DNA from: Mustelus asterias | Lineage: Eukaryota | NCBI RefSeq assembly: GCF_964213995.1 | Contig: NC_135830.1 | Coordinates: 17,050,001-17,114,000, forward strand | Length of the DNA: 64,000 bases | Direction of reading: 5' to 3' | Shown: in pieces, positions 48,901-59,674 of the stretch | Position numbering within the stretch: the first letter of the stretch is position 1 | Layout: every line of letters begins with the position of its first letter | Notes under the pieces: model-generated | Databases searched by the model: none | Seen by the model: only the letters and a program-made list of their open reading frames with translations | What the model was told of the DNA's origin: nothing | Program-made: the position numbers and the translations under genes

Positions 48901-50500
48901 TGGGATTCCTGTGCCTTGAAAGGCGTGGCCCGGGTGGATGCAATCTCGGAAGACCCAAGCCAGGGAGGAGCCATTTGGGAACTATGGTTTCGGAAGGTTC
49001 AGCCGCGGAAGGTGTGACCCCAGACGGTGCAGCCCCAGTGGGTGTGATTTTGGAAGTTCTGGCCCGGAGTGGTGGACTTTGGAGGACTGTAGTTGAGCGT
49101 TGTCGACTTCGGACGGTGGAATGTTGATGGGCGAAGCTCTGGAAGGCGATGCCTCCGAAATGTTTCACAATTGTATGGTTGTTCATGGATTGTTTGTTAT
49201 TGTAATATGTGGTTTTCCTGTTATGATAGTTGGTGGTTCCGGCCCCCGTCTATTTTCTTGCGTTATTGTGGCCTGGGGGGCATCCCCCCCTGGATAAAGT
49301 CACCCCCGGGGGGTGTGACATCCACTTGGGGAAAGTTCTGGGTGGTGAAGCCCCGGACATAGTAACACCAGAGGGATTTTTATTCTCCGGGAGAAAGATT
49401 GGGAAGGCAGGCCCGAACTGAGTACCCTGGAGAGACTCTCCCACCGCCCCGGCTGAAATTCCGGAAGGCAGTCCGGATTGAGTAGGCGGGGTGGTTTCCC
49501 CATTTCCCCCCTCCGGCTGAACATCCGTAAGGTGTAACCCCCGGATATGAGTACCACTGGAGGGTTGCATCCCCCGGCAGGTGGACAAACCCAGGGGACG
49601 GTGCCCTTATGCTTCAGTGTTTATTTTTTTGTTGTGTACAGTTGTAGTGTTGTTAATGTTTGTAGATTTGTAGATTATGATTTGTAAATGGAGGTGTATT
49701 TTGAGGGCAATGCCCTGGAAAACTGTAATTGACGATGAACCCTTCCGAAATGGAAGGTAGTAATTGATAAATGGATGGTGTTAGCCATCGGTAATGTATT
49801 TTTCATGGATTGTTTGTTATTGTAATATGTGGTTTTCCTGTTATGACAGTTGGTGGTTTGTTCCGGCCCCCGTCTATTTTTTTGCGTTATTTGTGGCCTG
49901 GGGGGCATCCCCCCCTGGAAAAAGTCACCCCCGGGGGGTGTGACATCCACTTGGGGAAAGTTCTGGGTGGTGAAGCCCCGGACATAGTAACACCAGAGGG
50001 ATTTTTATTCTCCGGGAGAAAAATTGGGAAGGCAGGCCCGAACTGAGTACCCTGGAGAGACTCTCCCACCGCCCCGGCTGAAATTCCGGAAGGGATTCCG
50101 GATTGAGTAGGCGGGGTGGTTTCCCCCATTTCCCCCCTCCGGCTGAACATCCGTAAGGTGTAACCCCCGGATATGAGTACCACTGGAGGGTTGCATCCCC
50201 CGGCAGGTGGACAAACCCAGGGGACGGTGCCCTTATGCTTCAGTGTTTATTTTTTGTTGTGTACAGTTGTAGTGTTGTGTTAATGTTTGTAGATTTGTAG
50301 ATTATGATTTGTAAATGGAGGTGTATTTTGAGGGCAATGCCCTGGAAAACTGTAATTGACGATGAACCCTTCCGAAATGGAAGGTAGTAACTGATAAATG
50401 GATGGCGTTAGCCATTGGTAATGTATTTTTTTCACATTTGTTCTTTGTGTATTTGTAATTGTTTTGTATTAACGTATTTGTAATAAACAAAAAGAAAGCC
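42951..50500 (+). mobile_element. Four tandem copies of a ~1.85-kb non-autonomous retroelement: 42951-44802, 44818-46701, 46754-48622, 48637-50498
   Basis: Each unit is a ~535-bp head, two ~625-bp internal repeats and an AT-rich tail ending AATAAACAAAAAGAAA(GCC). Units are separated by copies of CCACATCTGTGAGT. Unit 2 has a poly(A) tail. Confidence 0.8.
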
Positions 50501-50512
50501 ACATCTGTGAGT

Positions 50513-50530
50513 TTGACCTAAAAGAGGCCA
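50513..50530 (+). mobile_element. 18-bp stub of the Tx1 3' terminus
   Basis: TTGACCTAAAAGAGGCCA matches the Tx1 end TTTGACCTAAAAAGAGG. Flanked by ACATCTGTGAGT at 50501-50512 and 50531-50542. Confidence 0.75.
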
Positions 50531-51711
50531 ACATCTGTGAGTTTCTTTTCTCAATCTGGGGGAAATTGGGGACTTGCAGCAACTGAAGGGAAAGGAAGTG
50601 AATCCAGGGAGGGTGCAAACTCTGGAAAGGTTGGCCCAGGACTCTCTCTCTCTCTTAAAGACATTGATATCGAAACATCGAAGGAACTCCATCAGGAACA
50701 TCCTCCCTGCATCTATCCTGCCTCGACCAGTTAGAATTTTATCAGTCTCTTTGAGATTCCCCCCTCATTCATCTGAACTCCAATGAAAACAATCCTAACC
50801 TAGTCAATCTCTCCTCCTACATCAGTCCCGCGATTCCCTGAATCAGCCTGGTAAACATCCTTTGCTCCCTCAGCTTGACACATTTATTTGTCTGTCGAAA
50901 AGGATGGTTATTTTCCTCATGTTCACATTAAAGGGCAGCTTTCCCCAGGAGATGGCTGACATTTAAGCGTACAGTAACTTAATATAGGACAGAGATATGT
51001 CTAGTGTTATTCTATGTACCCAGATTAGATACATTCTTTATGCTTCTGTAATAAAATACATTTATTATTATTTCTTGCATTGTAGTATAATGCTGTAGCG
51101 ATGTTATACACTTCCAGTCATAAAGTCATTACAGCACAGAAGGAATCCATTTGGTAACTTGATTTCATGCTGACTCTCTGTATAACATTCCAGTCCCATT
51201 CCCACTCGATATCCCCATTCTCCTGAAAGGTTATTTCCTTCAACTGCCTATCCACTTTCATTTGTAAATAGAATCCATAGATATGGATGGAGATTTACAA
51301 CTTTTTGGGAATGAAATAGGAAAGAATGTTCCAGAGAAACTAGAATTGTCTGCTCTGAATTTCGATCCTATACTGACTGTGATGACTTTTGCAAGCTCAT
51401 TTCACAGGATTTTGAACGAGGAATCACAGGCAAAACTCTCAACCGTCACATCTAGAAAGAGTCATATTCCTTGGAATCTGAATATCTTGTAATGTGGAAC
51501 TGTAGCTACGTTATATATTTCCAGACGTCTCTTCCCTCAGAGGGTTGTTAGTCTTTTGGATTTCTCTTCTACAGGGACCAGTGGAGGCTGAGGATCATTG
51601 AATATATTCCAGTTAGACAGATCTTTGACTGACAAGGGTGTCAAGGGTTATAGGGAACAGACAAGAAGATGGAGCAAAAGCTAAGATGTGAGGGGATTTC
51701 TTCACTCAAGG

Positions 51712-52410
51712 ATAGAACATAGAACATAGAACAGTACAGCACAGAACAGGCCCTTCGGCCCACGATGTTGTGCCGACCTTCATCTGAAACCAAGATCAAG
51801 CTATCCCACTCCCTACCATCCTGGTGTGCTCCATGTGCCTATCCAATAACCGCTTAAATGTTCCTAAAGTGTCTGACTCCACTATCACTGCAGGCAGTCC
51901 ATTCCACACCCCAACCACTCTCTGCGTGAAGAACCTACCTCTGATATCCTTCCTATATCTCCCACCATGAACCCTATAGTTATGCCCCCTTGTAATAGCT
52001 CCATCCACCCGAGGAAATAGTCTTTGAACGTTCACTCGATCTATCCCCTTCATCATTTTATAAACCTCTATTAAGTCTCCCCTCAATCTCCTCCGCTCCA
52101 GAGAGAACAGCCCCAGCTCCCTCAACCTTTCCTCATAAGACCGACACTCCAAACCAGGCAGCATCCTGGTAAATCTCCTCTGCACTCTTTCCAGCGCTTC
52201 CACATCCTTCTTATAGTGAGGTGACCAGAACTGCACGCAATATTCCAAATGCGGTCTCACCAAGGTCCTGTACAGTTGCAGCATAACCCCACGGCTCTTA
52301 AACTCCAACCCCCTGTTAATAAAAGCTAACACACTATATGCCTTCTTCACAGCTCTATCCACTTGAGTGGCAACCTTTAGAGATCTGTGGATATGGACCC
52401 CAAGATCACC
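51712..52410 (-). mobile_element. CR1 LINE 3' fragment
   Basis: ORF 51796..52413 is the RT C-terminus; (ATAGAAC)n tail. Confidence 0.9.
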
Positions 52411-52411
52411 C

Positions 52412-52609
52412 AAGAGGAATCACAGGCCGAAATCTCAAACGTCACGTCGAGATCTGACATAGTCATATTCCTTGGGAGCTGAATATCATCGTCCTTTGAA
52501 TCTAGAAAGAGAAATTGTTGTCCAGTCTGTTGATTTGAAAAGATTTCAAACATCAGTGTGACTGGAAAAGCACCAACACACTGCCACACTCGAGTGAGGG
52601 TGTTCCAGT
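52412..52609 (+). repeat. 198-bp direct duplication of 53081-53278
   Basis: The two stretches read identical by eye. Confidence 0.9.
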
Positions 52610-53423
52610 AAAGCTTTGGAATTCTCAACCCCCGAGGACAGTGAAGCCTCAGTCATCAACTATTTTCAAGAGAGAGATTGATTGGTTTCTAGATGTTGAA
52701 AATATCAAGGGATATGGGTTTAGTGTGGGGAGAATGATGCTGAGGTAGATGAACGAATTATCTCATTGAATAGTTTAAAAGGCTCGATGAGCCAAATGGC
52801 CGACTGCAACTCCTCGTTGTCATGGTCTCTGTGTCCAGGACAGGAAGCAGTGAGCATGGATCTGTCAATCAGCCTCAATCAGCACCTTCAGGAGAATTGG
52901 GAGGGTGAATATTAGATACAGCAGAGTTTGAATGGAGGGAGAGTGTGTGGGATGGAGATTTACAGCTTTTGAGGAATGGGAGAGGAAAGAATGTTCCATA
53001 GAAACTAGAATTGTCTTTTCTGAATTTCTATCCTGTCCTGACAATGATGACTTTTGTAAACTTGTTTTACAGGATATTGAAAGAGGAATCACAGGCCGAA
53101 ATCTCAAACGTCACGTCGAGATCTGACATAGTCATATTCCTTGGGAGCTGAATATCATCGTCCTTTGAATCTAGAAAGAGAAATTGTTGTCCAGTCTGTT
53201 GATTTGAAAAGATTTCAAACATCAGTGTGACTGGAAAAGCACCAACACACTGCCACACTCGAGTGAGGGTGTTCCAGTGCACGGACTAAAGAGCTTTAAC
53301 CAGTTACACAGCCTGAATAACTATCACACCATTCACAGCAGGGAGAGACTGTACCCGTGTTCTGTGTGTGGACGAGGCTTCAACTGATTGTCCACCCAAG
53401 AGAGAGGCAAGGACACCTGCACC

Positions 53424-54182
53424 ATGGAGAAACCATGGAAATGTGCGGACTGTGGGAAGAGATACAGATACCCAACTGAGCTGGAAGCTCATCGGCGCAG
53501 CCACACTGGGGAGAGACCATTCACGTGCTCTCAGTGTGGGAAGGGATTCACTCAGTCATTCAACCTGCAGAGACACCAGCGAGCTCACACTGGGGAGAGG
53601 CCGTTCACCTGCTCTCAGTGTGGGGAGGGATTCACTTCTTCATCCTACCTGCGGAGGCACCAGCGAGTTCACACTGGGGAGAGGCCGTTCACCTGCTCTC
53701 AGTGTGGGGAGGGATTCACTTCTTCATCCTACCTGCGGAGGCACCAGCGAGTTCACACTGGGGAGAGGCCGTTCACCTGCTCTCAGTGTGGGAAGGGATT
53801 CACTCGGTCATCCAGCCTGCGGACACACGAGCGAGTTCATACTGGGGAGAGGCCGTTCACGTGTTCTCAGTGTGGGGAGGGATTCACTCGGTCATCCAGC
53901 CTGCGGGCACACGAGCGAGTTCACACTGGGGAGAGGCCATTCACCTGCTCTCAGTGTGGGAAGGGATTCTGTGATTCATCCCGCCTGCTGAGACACCAGC
54001 AAGTTCACACTGGGGAGAGGCCGTTCACCTGCTCTCAATGTGAGAAGAGATTCACTCGATTATCCAGCCTGCTGAGACACCAGCGAGTTCACACTGGAGA
54101 GAAGCCGTTCACCTGCTCTGTGTGTGAGAAGAGATTCAGTCTTTCATCCAGCCTGCTGAGACACCAACGAGTTCACGAATGA
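53424..54182 (+). CDS. C2H2 zinc-finger protein, 9 fingers (MEKPWKC start), no KRAB domain seen
   Basis: ORF 53388..54182 with first ATG at 53424 and TGERP linkers. Acceptor TTTTACAG at about 53072. Confidence 0.8.
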   Translation: MEKPWKCADCGKRYRYPTELEAHRRSHTGERPFTCSQCGKGFTQSFNLQRHQRAHTGERPFTCSQCGEGFTSSSYLRRHQRVHTGERPFTCSQCGEGFTSSSYLRRHQRVHTGERPFTCSQCGKGFTRSSSLRTHERVHTGERPFTCSQCGEGFTRSSSLRAHERVHTGERPFTCSQCGKGFCDSSRLLRHQQVHTGERPFTCSQCEKRFTRLSSLLRHQRVHTGEKPFTCSVCEKRFSLSSSLLRHQRVHE

Positions 54183-54269
54183 TTCCAGGGGTTGGATTCT
54201 GCTGTTACTGTTTCTGCTCTCAATTACATCCAGGACTGCATTTTGTTCATTCTCACAGTTGGTCAATGG

Positions 54270-54680
54270 GGAGAATGCTCTGACTGTGGGAAGGGATTCA
54301 CTGATTCATCCGACCTGCTGAAACACCAGAGAATTCATAATAGGGAGAGGCCATTTATCTGCTCCGAGTGTGGGAAGGGATTTACTCAGTCATTCAACCT
54401 GCTAAAACACCAGCCAAGTCACACTGGAGAGAGGCCATTCACTTGCTCCAGTTGTGGGAAGGGATTTATTGATTCATCCAAACTGCTGAGACACCAGCGA
54501 GTTCATGCTGGGGAGAGACCAGTCACCTCCTCTGATTGTGGCAAGGGATTCAGTCAATCATCCAACCTGGTAAAGCACCAGCGAATTCACACTGGGGACA
54601 GGCCATTCACCTGCTCCGTGTGTGGGAAGGGATTCACTCAGTCACCTCACCTGCTGAAACACCATCATGTTCACGAGTGA
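54270..54680 (+). pseudogene. Additional five-finger array downstream of the stop codon
   Basis: C-terminal part of ORF 54192..54680; one finger has lost a Cys (VTSSDC). Confidence 0.65.
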
Positions 54681-55699
54681 CTGCAAGGACTGAATTTTGC
54701 TGTTAATCACATCGAGGTCCCAACCATTTTCATTGGTGTCTGTTTCTGCTGATGTTAATAAACCCTGGCCCAGTTGTAAGATTTGTATTGTGGATTGTCT
54801 TGTCTGAGTCCTGAACTCGTAAATAAAAACAAGAAGTGCTGTAAAAACTCAGCAGGTCTGACAGCATCTCTGGAGAGAGAAACAGAGCTAATGTTTTGAC
54901 ACTGAAGAAGAGTCACATTCAACTGGAAACATTAACTGTTCCTGTCTTTACAGATACTGTCAGACGTACTGAGATTTTGCAGCAACTTCTGCTTTTAGAA
55001 TGACGGTGAATGCTGGATACATGAATCAGAGATTGGTGTAAAACTGGGATCTGCTCCTAAATCAAAGTGAAACAGCAGGTTAAAGTTTCCAGCCTGAAAA
55101 TTACTCTGGTTATTATTCTATATCTACCATTTTAAGGCTGGTTTTAACTCATTTAAAATAAACCTGTTTAAAATATATTTGTTAAAGTCAGTATTAAAAT
55201 ACGAGTTGGATGAGTTCACAGGAGCCTGTTAACCGCTGGGACAATGATTCAACAAACATTGGATCTCCAGATAGAGAAGAAGCTGCAGTTTGTTTGCAGG
55301 AATTCCCTGTTTTATTGATGTGTGTGTGTGTTAGACATCAGGATAACTAAAAATACACAAACCTGGACATCAATGGTGATCTGATTGACAGTTACTCTGG
55401 GAATCACTCCCACTGTGAAACTTCAGCACTGACACTGCTGAATTTTGTCGGCTCAGGGAGTGGGACCTCCAGGAGTGGACTGTAAAAAAGCTGGGTTTCA
55501 GTATCCTGACTAATATATGGTGAGGAACCAGAAAAATCCTTACTGAGGAACTGCCTGGGGTTTTACCAGTGTAGGTTCAGGGGCGAATGATTCCTGACTC
55601 CCTGAAATGTCTGATATTGAACCCAGTTTGGAACAAGATTCATTCAGTTTCCAGGAGAATAGGGACAAATATCACCCACAACTGAGAGAGAGAAAAACA

Positions 55700-56510
55700 G
55701 CCACCTTGATCAATGACTTGGATGAAGCCAGAATTGATGATACAAAGATAGGTAGAAAAGCAAGCTGTGAGGTTATTACAAAAAATCTGTAAGGGACACA
55801 GATAAGTTACCTGAATGGACAGAAAAATGGCAGATGGAGTATAGTGCGGGAAAGTGGGAGCTTTTCCGCTTTGGCAGGAAGAATAGAGAAGCAAAAAATT
55901 GTTTAAATATACAGAAACTGAAGAATACTGCCGTAGAGAGGAATCTGGGTGTCCTTGTACATGAATCGTGAACAAATAGGATGAAGGTACAGCAAGTAAA
56001 GAAGAAGGCAAATGGAGTGTTGGACTTTACTGCAAGGGGGTGGAGTTTGAGAAAGGGAACTTGCTGCACCTACACAGGACATTGCTGAGATAGCAGCTGG
56101 AATACTGTGTGCGGTTCTGGTCTCCCTACTTATGGAATGACATGTTTTCATTGGAATGAGTTCAGAGAAAGTTCTAAGATGAAGGTGTTGTCTTTTGAGG
56201 AAAGGGTTGTGAAGGTGTAGGGGAGAATTCTCCCATCCCACCCACCACAGGAATCGTAGCAGGCCGGGGGGTGGACCACACAAAGGTCCTTTGACCTCGG
56301 TGGGGGGGGGGGGGGGGATTCTCCAGTTTTGGGGAAGTGAGGCCAAAGAATCCAACTCGTTGTCTTTTGGGGAAGGGTTGCACCTATACTCATTGGGTTT
56401 GGAAGAATGAGCAGTCAACATTCTGAAACATGTAAGATTCTCATGGACAGTTGACAGGCGAGAGGCCAAGAGGATGATTCATGAAGGAGTCTTGAACTTG
56501 ATGCCACAGA
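55700..56510 (+). mobile_element. Old degenerate CR1 fragment, interrupted at about 56215-56410
   Basis: INDLDE...DDTKIG and GAATACTGTGTGCGGTTCTGGTCTCC motifs. Confidence 0.65.
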
Positions 56511-56599
56511 TCTACAAGGAAGCCAAGGGTATTATTTTAGCCCTTACAGACACCAATACTTTATCCTCAGTTTTAGTCAGGTTAGTCAGAGGTTTAGTC

Positions 56600-56693
56600 A
56601 GGTGTGGTGAAAGCTTCAACCAATCATCTGGCCTTTTGGAACATAATTTGCAGTCACAGGGAGATGCCATGGAAATGTGGGGATTGTGGGAAG
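56600..56693 (+). pseudogene. 5' ZNF finger fragment cut off by a CR1
   Basis: CGESFNQSSG...[10 protein letters not shown], homologous to 11198-11290. Confidence 0.7.
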
Positions 56694-57397
56694 AACATAA
56701 GAACTAGGAGCAGGAGTAGGCCATCTGGCCCCTCGAGCCTCATGGCTGATCTTTTTGTGGACTCAGCTCCACTTACACGCCCGCTCACCATAGCCCTTAA
56801 TTCCTTTACTGTTCAATAATTTATCTATTCTTGCCTTAAAAACATTCAATGAGGTAGCCCCAACTGCTTCACTGGGCAGGGAATTCCACAGATTCACAAC
56901 CCTTTGTTTGAAGAAGTTCCTCCTCAACTCAGTCCTAAATCTGCTTCCCCTTATTTTGAGGCTATGCCCCCAAGTTCTAGTTTCACCTGCCAGTGGAAAC
57001 AACTTCCCTGCTTCTAATCTATTCCCTTCATAATCTTATATGTTTCTATAAGATCTCCCCTCATTCTTCTGAATTCCAATGAGCATAGCCCCAATTTACT
57101 CAGTCTCTCCTCATAAGCCAACCCTCTCAACTCCAGAATCAACCTCGTGAATCTCCTCTGCACCCCCTCCAGTGCCAGTATATCCTTTCTCAAGTAAGGA
57201 GACCAAAACTGTACACAGTACTCCAGGTGTGGCCTCACCAGCACCTTATACAGCTGCAACATAATCTCGCTGTTTTTAAACTCCATCCCTCTAGCAATGA
57301 AGGACAAAATTCCATTTGTCTTCTTAATTACCTGTTGCACCTGCAAACCAACTCTTTGAGATTCCTGCACAAGGACACCCCTGTCCCTCTGCACAGC

Positions 57398-58105
57398 GTA
57401 AGAAGTCTCACAACACCAGGTTAAAGTCCAACAGGTTTATTTGGTAGCAAATACCATAAGCTTTCGGAGCACTGCTCCTTCGTCAGATGGAGTGGTAATG
57501 TGCTCTCAAACAGCGCAAACAGACAAAATCAAGTTGCAGAATACTGATATGAATGCGAATCCTCCAGCCAGCCAGGTCTTAAAGGTACAGACAATGTGGG
57601 TGGAGGGAACATTAAACACAGGTTAAAGAGATGTGTATTGTCTCCAGACAGAACAGCTAGTGAGATTCTACAAGCCCAGGAGGCAAGCTGTGGGGGTTAC
57701 TGATAATGTGACATGAATCCAACATCCCGGTTTAGGCCGTCCTCATGTGTGCGGAACTTGGCTATCAGTTTCTGCTCAGCGACTGCGCTGTCGTGTGACG
57801 TGAAGGCCGCCTTGGAGAACGCTTACCTGAAGATCCAAGGCTGAATGCCCGTGACTGCTGAAGTGCTCCCCCACAGGAAGAGAACAGTCTTGCCTGGTGA
57901 TTGTCGAGCGGTGTTCATTCATCCGTTGTCGTAGTGTCTGCATTGTTTCCCCAATGTACCATGCCTCGGGACATCCTTTCTTGCAGCGTATCAGGTAGAC
58001 AATGTTGGCCGAGTTGCAAGAGTAGGTACCGTGTACCTGGTAGATGGTGTTCTCACGTGAGATGATGGCATCCGTGTCAATGATCCGGCATGTCTTGCAG
58101 AGGTT
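57398..58105 (-). mobile_element. Penelope-like element 3' part (GIY-YIG)
   Basis: Reverse complement translates CKTCRII...YSCNSANIVYLIRCKKGCPEAWYIGETMQTLRQRMNEHR. The 3' tail carries a hammerhead motif and AATAAA. Confidence 0.85.
57454..57490 (-). ncRNA. Minimal type I hammerhead ribozyme
   Basis: CCAU-CUGACGA-A-GGAGC-AGU-GCUCC-GAAA-GCUU-AUGG: intact core, perfect stems I and II, palindromic stem III region (AAGCUU). Confidence 0.8.
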
Positions 58106-58172
58106 TGTTTGAGGTCATTAGGTTACATTGAAGCTTCATATGTTTCATATGAAGCAATTTTTAAAAGCAGTA

Positions 58173-58209
58173 TCTCGGCCTTTTGGCTAAGATGCAAATG
58201 AGATCAAGT
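58173..58209 (+). pseudogene. U2 snRNA 5' fragment (stem-loop I region)
   Basis: TCTCGGCCTTTTGGCTAAGAT (21 nt, identical to vertebrate U2) followed by GCAAATG and AGATCAAGT. Confidence 0.75.
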
Positions 58210-59674
58210 CATAGAGGAGGAAGTGCTTTCCCTCCTCCAATCAGCTTGGCCTCTGCACAGTAGCACGCTGCAATTTTTTCCCATTTAAATAATAGTCCAT
58301 TTTGCTGTTATTCCTACCAAAATGGATGACCTCACATTTACCAACATTGTACTCCATCTGCCAGACCCTCGCCCACTCACTTAGATTATCTATATCCCTT
58401 TGCAGACTTTCAGCATCCTCTGCACACTTTGCTCTTAGTGTCATCTGCGAATTTTGACACACTACACTTGGTCCCCAACTCCAAATCATCTATGTAAATC
58501 GTAAACAATTGCGGTCCCAACACTGATCCCTGAGGCACACCACTAGTCACTGATCGCCAACCAGAAAAACACCCATTTACCCCCACTCTTTGCTTTCTGT
58601 TAGTTAACCAATCCTCTATCCATGCTAATACATTATCCGTAACACTGTGCACCTTTATCTTATGTAGCAGTCTTTGGTGCGGCACCTTGTCAAATGCCTT
58701 CTGGAAATCCAGATACACCACATCCACAGGTTCCCCATTGTCCACTGCACATGTAATGTTCTCAAATAATTCCACCAAATTAGTCAAACATGACCTGCCC
58801 TTCATGAACCTATGCTGTGTCTTACCAATGGGACAATTTATATCCAGATGTCTCGCTATTTCTTCCCTGATGATAGATCCAAGCATTTTCCCTCCTCCAG
58901 AAGTTAAGCGAACCAGCCTATAGTTACCTGCCTTTTGTCTACCTCCTTTTTTAAATGTTTGCGATTTTGTGAAACCTGTTTTTGTTGTCTGAGCTGACTG
59001 GAATTAGAGCCAGAGCAGGAGTAATCCAGGGGAATGATTTGGAGATAAAGGAAAATCCAGCAGATGCTGGAATTCTGAATAAAACAGACTTGCTGAGTTT
59101 ATCCAGCATTTTCTCTATTTATTATAATGATTTTGGGACCTGGGTTTGAATCCCACCACGTTTCAACAAAAATATTGATGAGCATGAATTAATTGTTGTA
59201 AAAACACATCTGGTTCTCTAATTCCCTTCAAGGAAGGAAATCTGCCGCCCTGATCCAGTCTAACCGACATGTGACTGGATTCACAAACAATTCAAGGGCT
59301 GACTGGGTAAACAGGGAATGTCACCATCAGAAAAACAGAGCCCCCTGGAGGGCAGAAGTGTTAGGACAGGTTACGGAGAGGTTAAAACTGTCATTGAGAA
59401 CAACACAGACTTTAACGGAACAACTGGTCCCAAAAACAATCTGTTGTAGTTAGTGTGGCAGGGTGTGGTGAATCAGGTTTAAAAAGAGTCAAATTATATA
59501 TGTTTTCTAGTTTGGACAACCACATTTAAATCTGGGACTCGGATGAGGATATGAATTGGTGTTTGGTGGTAAGATCTAAATCTGTGTATTACGCCGTGAA
59601 GCCTTAAACCCAGAGTGAGAATATTTCAAACCAGGGTTCAAAATGAACGGCTGTGGATGGTGAATTCACTCTCA

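Larger units (their letters stand above)
56691..58955 (-). mobile_element. CR1 LINE (same subfamily as 2811-6210), interrupted at 57398-58249
   Basis: ORFs 56763..57002, 57014..57394, 58241..58489 and 58410..58886. Confidence 0.9.

Noticed and set aside
42951-50542. CRISPR-like or plain satellite interpretation of the array
   Set aside because: Vertebrate context, no cas genes, and the 'spacers' are near-identical 1.85-kb units. Variable-length target repeats and a poly(A) tail favour retrotransposition.
58173-58209. Functional U2 snRNA gene
   Set aside because: Only about 30 nt match, the match is interrupted, and the branch-pairing region and Sm site are absent.
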